A stretch of DNA of 57,342 nucleotides, the filler included, from Stramenopiles sp. TOSAG23-2 (taxonomy: Eukaryota), in assembly GCA_900128395.1 (NCBI GenBank). It is 3 parts of 3 records of this genome, joined end to end, with 100 filler letters (N's around TTAATTAATTAA, not from the genome) between each part and the next. Parts side by side here need not be neighbours in the genome. Positions count along the whole stretch, not along the records: positions 38,322 to 57,342 come from LT649593.1; 2 more parts are not named here. One strand, 5' to 3'. The notes below the pieces were generated by a model that saw only the letters and a program-made list of their open reading frames with translations, had not been told where the DNA came from and ran no database searches. How positions within the stretch are numbered: the stretch's first letter is position 1; every line of letters starts with the position of its first letter. Below, one piece after another: positions 55,615 through 57,342 of this stretch. The position numbers and the translations under genes were made by a program.

Positions 55615-56817
55615 CTATTGCGATTGTGGTGGTGGTTGTTGTTTATATGGCAATGGTTGATGAAATTGTTGTTGATGTAACATCTGTTGCTGTTGTGGAA
55701 TATATGATACTGGTGGTGGTTGTTGTTGCTGTTGCATCGGAACGATTGGTACATTCATTGGAAACATATGATTGTTATTATGATAAACCATTGAACCTGT
55801 ATTATTCATCACACCATTATCTAGACGAACTTTGATTTGCCTTCCATTGATACGTGTACCATTCATTTCTTTAATCGCACGTTTTGTCGTTTCAGCATCT
55901 TTAAAACGTACAGTACCACATCCTTTTGAACGACCATCATGGTTCAACTGTATAATTGCAAATTCAGGATTATATTGAACAAAACTATCTTTCAATTCCA
56001 TCCAAGTACATGTCCATGGCAAATTAGTGACAAAACAAACAGAATCTTTTACGTATACTTTAGGTTTCGTTGTTTTTTGCGCTTGTTGTTGTTGTTGTTG
56101 CTGTTGTTGCTGCTGCTGCATGTGATGATGATGTGCCATTTGCTGTGCCATTTGATGATGTGTCATTGGATTTGCCATTGGGATCATTCCATTTGCCATT
56201 TGATGATGATTTTGCATTTGATTATTTGCATGCGTATACATAAATGGTTGATGCATATTCAACGTTGTTTGCCCATGTTGCTGCTGGTGTTGCTGATGCA
56301 TTTGCGCTTGTATATGCGGTGGAAATTGCGATTGTTGAAATGGATTTTGATGATGATTTTTAAAAATACTATTATTGTGATGGTGATGTGGATTATAATG
56401 ATGGTGTTGTTGATGATGATAATGTCTATTATCACGACGTTTTGGTTTAAATTTCCGTGACTGGTCTTTTTTACCAACATCATAACGAACTTCCAACATT
56501 CTACCATTGTAATTGAAACCATTTAATAATTGTATCAATTTCACCGATCCTTTCGAATTTACGCATTTAATAATTGCATATCCTCGACTACGATGATCAC
56601 TTCCATAAATTACAGTAGCTGATTCAATAACATTGCCAATTCTCCCTGTTACATTTGTTTTTAAAAAATCATTGAATTCTACATCTGTCACGGACCAAGG
56701 CAAATTATTTACAAAAACACTTTTCACATCTTTGTTGTTGCTTTTTTTTGTCATTGTATTTGCATTTTTTCCATTTGTTTGTAACTGTTCGTTGACACTA
56801 TTCTTAGTTGTAATATT
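55615..56817 (-). CDS. GBP2/hnRNP-M-like RRM protein (two RRMs seen; 5' part rearranged)
   Basis: VFVNNLPWSV...GSDHRSRGYAII and CFVTNLPWTCTWMELKD...DGRSKGCGTVRF...MNGTRINGRQIKVRLD. The frame is open upstream of ATG 56754. Confidence 0.85.
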   Translation of the reverse strand, partial: NITTKNSVNEQLQTNGKNANTMTKKSNNKDVKSVFVNNLPWSVTDVEFNDFLKTNVTGRIGNVIESATVIYGSDHRSRGYAIIKCVNSKGSVKLIQLLNGFNYNGRMLEVRYDVGKKDQSRKFKPKRRDNRHYHHQQHHHYNPHHHHNNSIFKNHHQNPFQQSQFPPHIQAQMHQQHQQQHGQTTLNMHQPFMYTHANNQMQNHHQMANGMIPMANPMTHHQMAQQMAHHHHMQQQQQQQQQQQQAQKTTKPKVYVKDSVCFVTNLPWTCTWMELKDSFVQYNPEFAIIQLNHDGRSKGCGTVRFKDAETTKRAIKEMNGTRINGRQIKVRLDNGVMNNTGSMVYHNNNHMFPMNVPIVPMQQQQQPPPVSYIPQQQQMLHQQQFHQPLPYKQQPPPQSQ

Positions 56818-56820
56818 AAA

Positions 56821-57342
56821 AATAACATTGTTTGTGTGAAAAATTTAAGTAATCGTACAACAGCTGAAGATTTAAAATCATTCGTAGTCGGTGCTAATGT
56901 TGGTAATATTATAAATGTTGAACTAAAAACATGTAATGATGAAAATAAAAATGACGACGGTAATCATAATAATAATGTTTCATTATCCAATATGTTGGGT
57001 ATTGTAACGTTTGAATCTTCTGAAGACGCAGGTGCATGTATCGAAAATTTAAATGGTAGTATCTTTTTTGAACGCCAATTACAATTAATGCCATTTCGCA
57101 ATGTAAAAAAAGAAGTAAAACAAAATATTGATGATGCAATCAATGAAAACACCAATACTATGCTAGCTACTGGTGTTGTTGTTGGTGTTGATCATTCTAG
57201 TATTAGGAGTAGTAGCAATGAACAAAAAACGAATGATGATGATGATGATATTGGTATAACAACAACAACAAATAATGTTATTAATACTACAACGAAGAAT
57301 AGTGTCAACGAACAGTTACAAACAAATGGAAAAAATGCAAAC
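56821..57342 (+). CDS. RRM-containing fragment, inverted upstream part of the adjacent RRM gene; runs off window end
   Basis: NNIVCVKNLSNRTTAEDLKSF...MLGIVTFESSEDAGACIENLNGSIFFERQL. Its last ~75 nt are the reverse complement of ~56759-56835. Confidence 0.75.

Noticed and set aside
5-57342. Many short antisense or overlapping ORFs in the ORF track (e.g. 615-965, 7271-7732, 12826-13185, 42963-43478, 55939-56460)
   Set aside because: They are shadows of real genes or low-complexity tracts, with no independent motifs.

Overview
AT-rich, gene-dense, intron-poor eukaryotic nuclear DNA from a flagellated protist. It carries ciliary genes (WDR35/IFT121, BBS2), spliceosomal genes and poly-Asn/Gln low-complexity proteins. 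A heterotrophic marine stramenopile is my best guess, not shown. The window is not contiguous: two 100-bp N-TTAATTAATTAA-N linkers (19062-19161, 38222-38321) join three scaffolds, and there is an internal N-gap at 13980-14191. Recognisable genes: PRP22/DHX8, TDH-like SDR with EF-hands, RCC1-repeat/coiled-coil protein, TAF5, PB1/tail-anchor protein, TRM9-like methyltransferase (partial), F-box-like/ParB-like protein, bacterial-type SDR with an intron, WDR35, SET methyltransferase, GST, a large secreted Cys-rich repeat protein, U1-70K, QCR7, Egt1/EgtB-type sulfoxide synthase, an ankyrin protein, BBS2 and a GBP2/hnRNP-M-like RRM protein. The most notable finding is that two separately listed ORFs (46848-47519 and 45728-46552) splice through a 148-bp GT-AG intron into one 547-aa galectin-fold + NCBP3-like cap-binding protein, ~1.8 kb from U1-70K. 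Also found: a 1.28-kb element with perfect 31-bp terminal inverted repeats, dispersed gene fragments, about nine near-exact 60-150-bp tandem duplications (probably assembly artefacts) and a fold-back inversion at the window end. All family assignments are by motif recognition; no searches were run.
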